A DNA stretch of 64,000 bases from Octopus bimaculoides. Lineage: Eukaryota. Numbering within the stretch: the first letter of the stretch is position 1; each line of letters opens with the position of its first letter. Below are positions 24,426 to 36,500 of the stretch, one piece after another. The notes under the pieces are model-generated. The model was not told the origin of the DNA, searched no databases, and saw only the letters and a list, made by a program, of their open reading frames with translations. Location: positions 83,029,870 to 83,093,869 of the forward strand of contig NC_068987.1 in the NCBI RefSeq assembly GCF_001194135.2. The letters run 5' to 3'. The position numbers and the translations under genes are program-made.

Positions 24426-24590
24426 GACGGGCTTCTTTCAGTTTCCGTCTACCAAATCCACTTACAAGGCTTTGATCGGCCCGAGGCTATAGTAGAAAAC
24501 ACTTGCCCAAGGTGCCACGCAGTGGGAATGAACCCAGAACAATATGGTTGATAAGCAAGCTACTTACCACATAGCCACTCCTACGCCTTT
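23753..24590 (-). mobile_element. SINE family A interrupted within its (TA)n tract by a gap and a hammerhead-bearing insert
   Basis: Family A tail at 23753-23950 and head half at 24425-24590. Confidence 0.85.
24339..24378 (-). ncRNA. Hammerhead-ribozyme-like motif of a second family, with a 1-nt insertion in the core
   Basis: The minus strand reads GGC-C[A]TGACGA-AGGG(aaatag)CCCT-GAAA-C(TCGA)G-TC^-GCC. All three stems pair, stem III is palindromic (CTCGAG) and there is a GUC cleavage triplet. Confidence 0.5.
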
Positions 24591-27509
24591 AGGCGATATA
24601 TTTAACAAAAAAGAAATGTTTAAAAGGGATGTGTTGTGTATTGGAAAAGCTCCAAATAAATTTAATATTTATACCAAGTGAATGCACCATTAATATATAA
24701 TGTTTTAGGAAATTAGGCAGTAAAACTTTGCGTTTTATTTCTGTGGCACAAATAATTTTTTTTCACTTCAGACTTTGAATAAACATTGATAGTCAGTTGT
24801 AATTTTACTTATAAATGATGCATTATCCCCTCAAAGTTATGTCGAATTTATTGTTTATTCTTTACTTGTTTCTGCCATTGGACTGTGTCCATGCTGGAGC
24901 TCTGCCTTGAAGGGTTTAGTCAAAGAAAACAACCCCAGTATTCATGTTTTTTTTCTTTTTTTAAAGTCTGGTACAAGTTCTGTCAGACTCTTTTGCTAAA
25001 ACTGCTTGGTTATTTCTTTATTGCCCACAAGGGGCTAAACATAGAGGGGACAAACAAGGACAAAGGGATTAAGTTGATTACATTGACCCCAGTGCGTAAC
25101 TGGTACTTAATTCATCGATCCCGAAAGGATGAAAGGCAAAGTCGACCTTGGTGGAATTTGAACTCAGAATGTAGCAGACAAAATACAGCTAAGCATTTCA
25201 CCCGGTGTGCTAACAATTCTGCCAGCTCGCCGCTTAGTTATGGGCTGTAAAATAAATTAACATTGGCTTTCAAGTGGTAATAATGGAGGACACACACACA
25301 CACACATTTGCATATATACGATGTGATTCCTCACAGTTTCCATCTACCAAATCCACTCACAGCTATAGTAGAAGGCACTTGCTCAAGGTGTTGTAAACTG
25401 GGACTGAACCCAAATCCACATAGTTGCAAAGCAACCTTCTTAACCACACGGCCAGGCCTGCTCCTATTTACATCTAAATTTGATCTTCAACGTCTTTGAG
25501 TCAAACTTTACTTTTGATATGAGCATAAATTTGTGGTACTTTGCTGTAAATTAAGGATTTTGTGACTAATCGATACATCGATGATGATGATGATGATGAT
25601 ACCTCACCAAGCTGAGAGTTATACATCTATCTACATTGTATATTGTTTTATGTTGGATAAATTATTATAATATAAGGTGAGGTACTTTGTAAAGTTATCT
25701 GGATCCTAAATTTTGTATGGAAGTCCATGCATGGCTGATTAACTTGATTGCATATTTATTTTATTAACCTTAGAAGGCTCAAAGGCAAAGTTGACCTTGG
25801 CATATCGACAAAATAGTATCCTGTCTAAATAATTTAATTTATTATTGCTGTTGTCGTGACTGGTTTTTGTTGCAATTTGGAAAATGCTTGGTCTATCATT
25901 ACATTCTATGTTGTGTCGCTGTCATAATCTTAATGTCATTTTTGAACTAATCATGATGATGATCATCATCATTATCATTTAAAGTCCTCCTTCCATGCTG
26001 GTATGGGTTGGTCAGTTTGACAGGAGCTGGCAAGCCAGAGAACTTTGCCAAGTTCTGTTGTCTGCTTTAACATGGTTTCTATGGCTGGATGCCCTTCCTA
26101 ATGCCAACCACTTTACAGAGTGTACTCGGTGCTTTTTATGTGGTACCAGCACCAGCTGGATCACCAACTAACTTGTAAGACAAAGGACCCATCGACTGGG
26201 AGGGGGAAGTAGTATCGCAGGAGGTGGTTTTGCCTCATTTGATGAGGGGTTAAAGTATGAGAGGAGGATAGAGATAGATGTTTTTTTCTGTAGAGGAGAT
26301 GCATGGGTAATCCAGTTGGAAAAAAAAGGAGAGAATGATAGACACAAGGAAGGGTGGTGGTGGTGGTGGAGAGGTATTGGGACATACCCTCAATGCAATG
26401 GGTGTGTATGGTGTACTGCTGGTGGTCAGCTATGATAGAGGAGATAATCCCTTCTGAATTAAGTCATCTTAACTTGGAAGTTTGAAATTTAAATGAAAGA
26501 GTGAAGAAGAATGTGTACAGTATATACATGGTTGATGTTTCTTTTTCCTACATATTATTAAAGAGCTTCAAATTTCTTGTCATCGGCAACTATATATAGT
26601 GTCAGGTCATCCTTTTTTAGAATTGCCAGTGTGGCATAACTTATTAATGAATTATGCTAAATTAAACCTTTTATGAAGTTAGACTTTTCTTACAGAGTGA
26701 AAATAGTTTACAGCTTGAAAGGATTTTTTTCTTCTTCTTCTTTCTCATTGTAAATTGTCAATTGTTCTGCAATAGAGTCTAACCACACGAAGAAATTTTT
26801 TTTGCCTGACAGATTTGCTCAGGAAATACTAACTTACATGTAAGAAATTCCTCTTTTCTCTCTCTTCTCTCACTCTGATGCTGAAAAATTAATAAATATT
26901 TTAAAATAATGAAATTACATTGTCAGTTTGAACACAATGCCTGTTTGATTGATATAAAGTAGTGAAATATTTTTCTGCTGTCTAATGAGCAACTCCACTG
27001 GCAAATCATTTTAGCTCATTTAGCTTGTTCTTCTAGGGGTGTATGTGTATGTATCAACCCATGTCATCAGGGGAAGTTGATATACAATGGCTTTATGTTT
27101 GTTTGGATTGATGGATAGATGGCAATCAAATGGTCTTGGGCTCACTTTATTGCATTGCACCTTCTACAGTTCCAAGTCAACCAAAGCCTTATGAGTGGAT
27201 TTGGCAGGTAGAAACTGAAAGAACTCCATCTTGTGTAAGTGTGCATGTATCAAAGGTGGGCACTGTTAATACGTTAACCAAAAAGTTAATTTCGATAACC
27301 ATTAATCAGTTAATCTTTTCCTAATGTAACAGAAGTTATCGGTAAACTGTTAATTTTAATTTTCATTATAGAAAAAATAAAAAACCAATTTTGCTCTAAA
27401 ACCACCTAAAAACACCTTTAGAATATGCCAAAACTATAAAATCCATTAACTTCAATTGAATTAAAGTTAACAGAAGTTAATTCAACTTGACTTGAGTTAA
27501 CTTCTTTAT

Positions 27510-28720
27510 CATCAGCATCATCATCATTTAACATCTGTGGGCCATGCTGGCATGGGTTGGATGGTTTGACCAGGGCTGGCACACTGGAAGGCTGCACCAG
27601 ATCCCAGTCTGATTTGGCATGGTTTTCTACAGCTGGATGCCCTTCCTAACACCAACCTCTCCAAGAGTGTAATGGGTGTTTTTACTTGCCACCGGCATGG
27701 GTGACATTTACATGACACTGGGATGTTTTTATGTGCCACTGGCACAGGTGCCAATTTGCATGACTGTGGTATCTGCCACAACTAAGATTTTGCTCAGTTT
27801 TACGGGTCTTCTTCTCAAGCACAACATAATGCCAAAGGTCTTGGTCATTGCCTCAATAGAGGCCCAATGTTTGAAAGGAACTCAGCCACTTTGCCTCCAT
27901 GAGGCCCAACGCTTGAAAGGAACTCAGCCATTTTGCCTCCATGAGGTCCAACACTTGAAAGATGTTCTCTACATGCTACCAGCACTGGTACAACAGGTCG
28001 TCTCAAGCACAGCACATTGCCAAAGGTTGCAGTCACTACCTTGTTCCATGTCTTCTTGGTCCTACCTCTACCATAGGTTCCCTCCACAGTTAAAGATCAG
28101 CACTTCTTTACACAGCTGTCCTCGTCCATATGCATCACATGACCATACCATCGTAGTTGTCTCTCTTGCACACCACATCTGATTTCTCTTCTGCCTAACA
28201 TTTCTCTCAAGATGCTTACTCTCTGTTGAACATGCACACTGATATTGCACATCCAGCAAAGCATACTGGCTTCATTTCTTTCAAGCCTACACATGTCCTC
28301 TGCTATCCAGCAGGGTAGGAACTTAGGAGCTCTCTGAATTTTGCTTCTCCTAATCTTATTCTCACAGCTATGCTCCCAGAGCATCCACCTCCACTACTAA
28401 CTTGGTCACCTAGATAATGGAAGTTATCGACTATCTCTAGCTTGCTCCCCTGGCATTTGATGGAGTCTATTTTCTGCCCATTTTCAATGTTTATTGTACC
28501 TGTGCATCTTCTGCATACAAAAGCTAGTTTCCCTATTAACCTTCCCTTGATATTGTTGCACCATTTATGTGTCCAAAGCTTACACTGGGTGCATCTTAGG
28601 GAATTTCTACCTACACCTTTTCTACAGATTGAGCTGGGCCATCTACCTGATGAGATTTGTAATTTGTCTGCCTTCTTACTTAGTAAGACTTAATCAATCA
28701 ATCCAATAATTATTTCCAAA
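27510..28720 (-). mobile_element. RTE LINE 3' fragment (ORF2 remnant, 3' UTR and (GAT)n tail)
   Basis: Minus-strand frames include YLGDQVSSGGGC, RNEASMLCWMCNI, RQLRWYGHVMHMDEDSCVKKC and GRGRTKKTWNKVV. A (CAT)n tail lies at ~27510. Confidence 0.85.
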
Positions 28721-28754
28721 GTTAACTTCTAAGTTAAATCGTTAATGAAAATGT

Positions 28755-29104
28755 TATCATCATCATCATTTAATGTTCGCTTTCCATGCTGGCATGGGTT
28801 GGACAGTTTGACTGAGGACTGGTGAGCCAGAAGGCTGCTCCAGGCTCCAATCTGATTTGGCAAAGTTTCTACAGTCGGATGCCCTTCCCAACACCAACCA
28901 CTCCGAGAGTGTAGTGGGTACTTTTTTATGTGCCACCGGCATGAGGGCCAGTCAGGTGATTCTGGCAACAACCTCGCTCTAAAGGTGTTTTTTACATGCT
29001 ACCTGCACAGGAGCCAGTCTGGCGGCACTGGCAACGACCACGCTCAAATGTTGTTTCTCATGTGCCGGTAAGGTGATGCTGGCAACGATCACGCTCGAAT
29101 GGTG

Positions 29105-29105
<1 letters not shown>
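28755..29105 (-). mobile_element. RTE LINE 3' UTR copy followed by (CA)n
   Basis: Same family as 16532-16935. (CA)n runs 29107-29156. Confidence 0.8.
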
Positions 29106-29158
<53 letters not shown>

Positions 29159-29370
29159 GTTCAAACTGATGTCTTTTCTTTTTATTTTGTGTTCCTTTAT
29201 GTTAAACTTTAACCAAACTCCTGGAGCTTCTTTATAATGTTGATGATCTCTAATCCTTTATCTTTCAGATTACTCTGCCAAATAGAATACTTATTTATTC
29301 ACGTTATTTTAAATTAACCATGCATTATAATATAGCTTCAAGATTTCAATTACAGTAATCCCTCAACTGT

Positions 29371-29651
29371 GGAGGCGCAATGGCCCAGTGGTTAGGACAG
29401 CGGACTCGCAGTCGGAGGATCGCGGTTTCGATTCCTAGACCGGGTGTTGTGTGTATTTATTGAGCGAAACACCTAAGCTCCATGACCCCTGTTGTACTCT
29501 TTCACCCCAACTTTCTCTCACTCTTTCTTCCTGTTTCTTGAGTAAAGCTGCAATGGACTGGCGGCCTGTCCAGCTGGGAGAGGGGAACACATACACCAAA
29601 GAAACCGGGAAACTGAGCCCATGAGTCTGGCTAGGTTTTGAAAGGGCGACA
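29371..29651 (+). mobile_element. SINE family B (tail type 2) with a 12-bp TSD, nested in a MITE
   Basis: TSD aatccctcaact at 29357-29368 and 29652-29663. Confidence 0.9.
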
Positions 29652-30899
29652 AATCCCTCAACTATTGTGGGTGTTATGTTCCAAAATCCCCCATGATTGG
29701 TGAAAATCTGCGAAGTAGAAACTGTATTGTATACATATTTTTTTTATTTTCATAATTTGCATATATTCTGTTATAAATGCAAAACAACACCATGGAAGAA
29801 TCGACATAAGCTTAAATAATAAATCACAATAGGTGAACCACAATTGGTGAACTAGGGGGTAGGTGTGAGAGGCCAGATCTTGCTGGTTTGAACACAAAAT
29901 AAGTACAATATGTAGGCTTGATATAGGTGGTATAAATACTGAAGATCTAGACAAGGTTTCAACATCTACCAAAATTGATTAGCTGAATTAAAGACCTTAC
30001 CACTCAGGTTGAGAAACTTTGTACAGAAATTAATACAATATTTTGGGAAAAAAATTACATTTATAGAAAATATTTAAAAATATCCACGAATGTAAAAATA
30101 TTTAGAGGTTTAATGGATTTTACTTTAATAGAAACAATATAATATATGACTGAACAATTCAATTTCAGGTAGTTTTGTTTTAATTTTACTTTGAAAACTT
30201 CTTGATATTCTATATTTATGGAAGTTTTCAATTACTGCTGTTTCTCACAATCATTTAATATCCATACACATAACAACGAAAACAGTAATAAAGTTGTAGT
30301 CTAAGAACGTATATGGAAAATATGTTAGATGAAGCATCTAAATACAGTGAGCTATGAACAGAAACTAACTGCTTATTTTTATGTATTGTACCCATATATA
30401 CACAATTCATAAACAGAACTTGGATATTCTTATTTGATCTCATTATATAGAAATACTGTAAGTTGTGAAATCGCTAGAGCTAGTTAATTTTCTCTTTGGT
30501 GACTAAGTTGTCAGCTTCTTACTGGTTTCAATCTGCAAGCAAATTCTGGATAATGAAATGGAATGATTTAATAGTATGACTAATGCATTCTGATATTGAT
30601 TTTATATATAAAACCTTTTCTGAATACATCTTCTTCATATGAAATGTCTTGTCTTGAATTGCAATTAAATAATTCTAAAATTTCTGTTTGAGAAAATAGG
30701 TATAATTTTGTATGTAGAAGTTAAATGTCCTTGGTTTGAGGAAAAATGTTTATGGTAATGTTAATGATTATTGTTCAATCTGAATAAATAAGTTTGTTTC
30801 AAATCTCTTGTTAATAGGAGAATCTGTTTAAAAACTGCCAAAACAAAATCTGAAAATTCTCTACTGTTTCACTTTTCTAAACATAGGATTATATATATA

Positions 30900-30953
<54 letters not shown>

Positions 30954-31789
30954 ACAATTTGTTTTATAACCTAACATTGAATAGCAATGACATTCATTTT
31001 TTCTTTTATATANNNNNNNNNNNNNNNNNNNNNNNNNNNNNNNNNNNNNNNNNNNNTATATATATATATATATATATGCATGCATGCATACACACACACC
31101 TAAATTCAAGTTCTAAACAGAATTGATTTTGAGAATCGTGTTTTACTTCATTGATTTGCCATTCAGTGATTCTGAAATTCAAAGTAATTGTAAATTGTAA
31201 ATTCCATAAAATAACATAGAATACAAGTTCATGGTTTGTATCATCATTAAATTCTAAACATTGAAGTCCTATCAATATAGAATTTCTAGTTTAGTGAAAT
31301 ACCAAGTAATTACTCTTTCCTTTTTTTTGACTTTATTAAAAGAATTCAGTCCAGAAAAAGAAAACAATTGCCATTTTCCAATGATGGTGCCCCAGCATAG
31401 CTACAGCCTTTTGGCTGTAAATAAAAGAGTAAAGAGACCCCCTTTGGTTTCAAATGACCATCGGATTGCATCTAGAAAGTTCCCCTCCAGAGCACAAGAT
31501 TGGACAAGGTTGTTTATGGAAGACTGACCAGCCTCTCCTCTCCATACCACTGATGTTATCTAAGGGAAAGGTAAAGGCTGATACAGCTTGGCACCTGTGA
31601 CGTTGCAACTCATTTTTACAGATGAATGAACTGTAGCAACGTGAAATAAAGTGTCTTGCTCAAGAACACAACACACAGCCTGGTCTGGGAATCAAACTCA
31701 CTACTTCATGAGAAAAAAATAAATAAATAAAGGAATTCCATATTTGATGGCAAATAAGATGCACTTTCCCCACCAAAATAATGTCTCAA

Positions 31790-32080
31790 TAAAAATCTCT
31801 TCTCTCGCTCCTATGTGCATAGTTAGTCCACATTAGACTAGTCAAAGACTATTGAAAGTATACCAGGCTTTGCTGATGCTGGGCCTCACATCCTCCTCTG
31901 TTCTACCCATCTTTGCAGTGATGCTGCTGAGATACACAAACATAATGGTCTCCAGAAGGGCTTTCATACCAATTCTAATCGTTTCCTAGTGACAGGGTGT
32001 TCAGCCTCAAAGCTTGCATCTTGTTCTTGCTGAAATTAGGGTGTCTCTAATCTGCCTAGGCTTCTTTTATGCCATAAAAT
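31790..32080 (-). mobile_element. RTE-type RT remnant
   Basis: The minus frame FVYLSSITAKMGRTEEDVRPSISKAWYTF resembles the FTYLGS...DV..RI.KA motif at the end of RTE RT. Confidence 0.55.
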
Positions 32081-33328
32081 ATGGTTAGTAAGAGCTTTAG
32101 CTGCTATCTTGTACTCTGTGTAGTGGCATTGTTGTATCACCAATGGGCTATGTGCTCTGACACTGTTGGCTAATAAGCCGATTCGTTATCTATTTACTTC
32201 ATTAATTCTTAAGAAAAATTAATGTTCAGTGATACTGATCAAGATAAAGATTTTTCAAAATCCAACTTCAAATATGACTTTAATTACAGTAATTTATTAT
32301 TTTATGGAAAGTTTGCATATAAATCCCCATGGATTAAGTAACAACCAATTTTTCTATGCTGTATTTCCATTTCAAAACCAAAAACCAAAAAAAACAAAGA
32401 AGCTTTTTTATATGTGTTTTGCTAAAATATTTTCATTTATTCAAATATAATTCCCTATTACTTTTTAGCAACCTAGTTTATAAAGGAAAGTATTGGTTAA
32501 CAAAATAAAAAAAGACAAAAATTAATTGCTTTTAAATACAAAGTCATGAACATTTTATTGCTTTTAGAATTTTACAATATATCAGGGACTTAGAAGCCTG
32601 TTTAGATAAGAAATTAATGGCTCTTATAGAGTTCTCTTGAAGTTATTAGCATTTATAAAAAAAAGTAAATAATATTTTCCATTCCATCTTGCATTGCATT
32701 TAGATTTTTTTTCTCCTAATTATTATGTTTATCCATATTACTGTTGTCATGTATCTTTTCTTTTAGGCTTTTTTAAAAGTTTTGTTGGTATTGCTTTAAA
32801 GTTGAATAGAAAACTTAGTGCATAGTATAGCAGGGAGAAAAATCATTATTGAAAAACATTTTTCTGCTCTGTCATGAATTATTAATGTTGAAACATAATG
32901 TTAAGATATGCTCTAGGCTCCACTATCTTTTAATAGTTAAGTTGTATTTTTATGGGGTTTTTTTTTCTCTTTGAATTTGAAATCTAATGGGACTTTTCTT
33001 TTTTTGCCTTTGTTTGATGATGTCTAGTTGAATATACAAATGAAATGAATAAATTAACCATATATTTGACTATGTATATATATTATGTATGTATGTATGT
33101 ATTAATATTATTTTAAATATATATAAAAAAAAATAACATCTGTCTCTAAGCTTACAGAAGATAATTTAAAAGTTTTTACTTCTATTTTTTTAATAAATGC
33201 TTATGTAAATACTATTACTAATACAATTCCTTTCTTTGAGGCTGAGTGGTCTACATTTCTGTCTTTAGATTAAAAAAATATGAGACTTTTATAACAATAG
33301 GTATAGTGCATTAACTTACATGAAATAT

Positions 33329-34034
33329 NNNNNNNNNNNNNNNNNNNNNNNNNNNNNNNNNNNNNNNNNNNNNNNNNNNNNNNNNNNNNNNNNNNNNNNN
33401 NNNNNNNNNNNNNNNNNNNNNNNNNNNNNNNNNNNNNNNNNNNNNNNNNNNNNNNNNNNNNNNNNNNNNNNNNNNNNNNNNNNNNNNNNNNNNNNNNNNN
33501 NNNNNNNNNNNNNNNNNNNNNNNNNNNNNNNNNNNNNNNNNNNNNNNNNNNNNNNNNNNNNNNNNNNNNNNNNNNNNNNNNNNNNNNNNNNNNNNNNNNN
33601 NNNNNNNNNNNNNNNNNNNNNNNNNNNNNNNNNNNNNNNNNNNNNNNNNNNNNNNNNNNNNNNNNNNNNNNNNNNNNNNNNNNNNNNNNNNNNNNNNNNN
33701 NNNNNNNNNNNNNNNNNNNNNNNNNNNNNNNNNNNNNNNNNNNNNNNNNNNNNNNNNNNNNNNNNNNNNNNNNNNNNNNNNNNNNNNNNNNNNNNNNNNN
33801 NNNNNNNNNNNNNNNNNNNNNNNNNNNNNNNNNNNNNNNNNNNNNNNNNNNNNNNNNNNNNNNNNNNNNNNNNNNNNNNNNNNNNNNNNNNNNNNNNNNN
33901 NNNNNNNNNNNNNNNNNNNNNNNNNNNNNNNNNNNNNNNNNNNNNNNNNNNNNNNNNNNNNNNNNNNNNNNNNNNNNNNNNNNNNNNNNNNNNNNNNNNN
34001 NNNNNNNNNNNNNNNNNNNNNNNNNNNNNNNNNN
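33329..34034. other. Assembly gap (N run); other gaps at 11883-12047, ~23995-24217, 31013-31056, 62393-62947 and 10-N gaps at 5468, 22180, 53309
   Basis: Direct reading. Most of the long gaps abut (TA)n tracts. Confidence 0.98.
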
Positions 34035-34072
<38 letters not shown>

Positions 34073-34884
34073 TCTATATTTGACTGTGGTGTTAAAGATC
34101 ACAATTGAATATTATTTGTTTTGTTGACTAATACATATTATTCAAGGTATGAGATCATTTCTACTGTGGTAGAGAATATTTGAAATCTGAGGAGAAATCC
34201 CAAAGTATTTTATACAGTTTATAGAGACTAGCAAAAACATCACCCTGTGGGCAGTTTTCTGATAGATGCTAAATAGTTTGATTCCCAATTTGTGTAATTT
34301 TTTTTTTATATGTTATGTTTAATTACCACTTGTATCCATTATGCATCCACTATCTCGCACTGGCTCAATAAATGAATTTGGAATAATAGCAATCACTCAA
34401 AGACAGTGTTAGGGTTTATGAAGAAATCAGGTATTATTTCGACATAACCATGTGAAAGTCCTCAATTTATCATTCGTATATATCATCATCATCATCGTTT
34501 AACGTCCGTTTTCCATGCTAACATGGGTTGGACGATTTGACTGAGGACTGGTGAACCAGAAGGCTACACCAGGCTCCAATCTGATTTGGCAGAGTTTCTA
34601 CATAAGTGGATGTGCAATGCCAGCATGGAAGACAAACATTAAGCAATGATGATGATATATGAAGGACTCCCCTGTCAAAGACGATGCATGAGCATTCAGC
34701 TTTTATCAAATAACCTGCACAAATGATTTGTTTATAGTGTTCATGTTGCACATTACCTCACTCTCTCCATAAAATTGACATTGTGTGAATGGGTGCACTG
34801 TATGCCACACATCAGATGTCAAAGTGATTGCACAGGAACATGAGATGAAGTGCTTTACTCAAGAATACGATGCACCACTGACAG

Positions 34885-35690
34885 ATCTTATTGAGCACAG
34901 TGAATCACCAGTCATCTCAATCTTTAGTCTGCTTCTCTGTGAGGATTAATGTCCTGCGAACAGTATTCATAACTTCATCTCACATTTTCTTGGGTCTGCC
35001 TCTTCCACAGGTTCCATATGCATCACATGCCTATTCCAGAACAGTTTTCTCTCTTGTACACTGTGTCTGATGCCTGTTGTGCTGAATTTTTATTTCAACC
35101 CATTTGCACTTTGTTGCTCATGCACACTGATATTACACATCAAGTGGAGCATGTTAGCTTCATTTCCTTCTGGGAATCAAACTCACTACCTCACATCCTT
35201 TCCATTCCACAGTCCTCATTTCACCACTCTGTAGCATTGTGTTCATACACAGGTGTCCTACAATCTGACTTTCACTCTGAGAGAAAGACTATTTATTACC
35301 AGCTATGATAATAACTCTCTTAGCTTTCTTTAACTAGTTCTTATTTTAGCAGCTCTACTTTCAGAACATCCTCCTCTGTTGCTAATTAAATCACCTGAGT
35401 AACAGAAACGATCTACTGTCTCTAAGGATTCACCTGAGAATTCAAGAAAATCTATTTCTCATGTATTCTTGATGTTTATTTCACTTCATATCTGCCACAA
35501 ACAATGTCTACTTTCTCTGTAAACCTTCCTTTGAAGGTTAACACTGTACCTTTTACATGTCCATAGTTTGTACTAGGTAGACCTTATGGAATTTCTACCT
35601 ACATCTTTTCTACATATTAAACAGGGCTGTTTTTCTGAAGAAATTAGCATCCTGTGTGTTTTCCTGTTTACTAGAACTTTGATAAAATAG
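34885..35690 (-). mobile_element. Degenerate RTE LINE ORF2 remnant
   Basis: Homologous by eye to 28090-28700 (gcacactgatattacacatc, cagtcctcatttcaccactctgtagcatt, tcacctgagtaacagaaacgatctac). Confidence 0.7.
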
Positions 35691-35699
35691 AACTAAATT

Positions 35700-36165
35700 T
35701 GATGACTGGCACCCATGCCAACGTTGTCTCCTTCATTGGACACTAAACTCGGCTTGCGAAGACCTGTTGGGGCAAGCGAAAGCAAAATTGTGATGGCACC
35801 TGTGCCCAGCGTCGCCTTCCTGGCACTTGTACCGGTGGCATGTGTAAAGACATTCGAGCGAGATCATTTCTAGTGCCGTTAGACTGGCTCCTGTGCAGGT
35901 GGCACGTAAATACACCATTTTGAGTGTGGCCTTTGCTAGTATCGTCTGACTGGCCTCCGTGCCGGTGACACGTAAAAGCACCCAATACACTCTCTGAGTG
36001 GTTGGCGTTAGGAAGGGCATCCAGCTGTAGAAACTCTGCCAAATCAGATTGGAGCCTGGTGTAGCCATCTGGTTCACCAGTCCTCAGTCAAATCGTCCAG
36101 CCCATGCTAGCATGGAAAGCGGATGTTAAACGATGATGATGATGATGATGATGGTGATGATGATG
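35700..36165 (+). mobile_element. RTE LINE 3' UTR copy ending in (GAT)n
   Basis: Matches 55950-56460 (cattggacactaaactc...ggcatccagctgtagaaactctgcc...gttaaacgatgatgatg). Confidence 0.85.
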
Positions 36166-36389
36166 GTCTTTGCTGTGTTAACTTTAAGACCATTTGGTTC
36201 TAGGTTTTGCTTCCACACCTGGAATTTGTTTTCTAATTCTACTACAGATTTAGCCATAAGAAGATGATCATCATCATAGAAGAGTTCCTAACTCTTCTAT
36301 ATGGTCTGCACGATTATGATAAACAGTAAAGGACAAAATATTGAAAATTATAAATTAGTTTATACAATTTCTATAAACTTGTTTTACAG

Positions 36390-36500
36390 AAGCAAAGAAA
36401 AAAGTCCAGCTAATGGTGGAATGCATTAAGTACCATCTTGATGATGAGGAATGCCTTCGGAAAAGCCTTCTTTCCATTGCTTCATTAAGTGCTACTAACA
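36390..36500 (+). CDS. TERB1: TERB1 (CCDC79) internal coding exon, first identified here: (E)AKKKVQLMVECIKYHLDDEECLRKSLLSIASLSATN(T)
   Basis: Acceptor ttgttttacag|, donor |gtgagt, 111 nt, phase 1 to 1, no stop. The peptide parallels the vertebrate TERB1 N-terminus as I recall it (EMKTDLNLLLECLKYQMDNAFSQKEALVTIHSICQQN). It splices in frame to 40015. Confidence 0.88.

Noticed and set aside
26813-26839. 27-nt micro-exon candidate (FAQEILTY) with ag/gtaaga sites
   Set aside because: Too short to support without transcript data.
33311-34102. Long track ORFs of 200-260 aa (also 62306-62978, 23890-24315, 11616-12291)
   Set aside because: They consist of X residues from N runs plus (TA)n translations.
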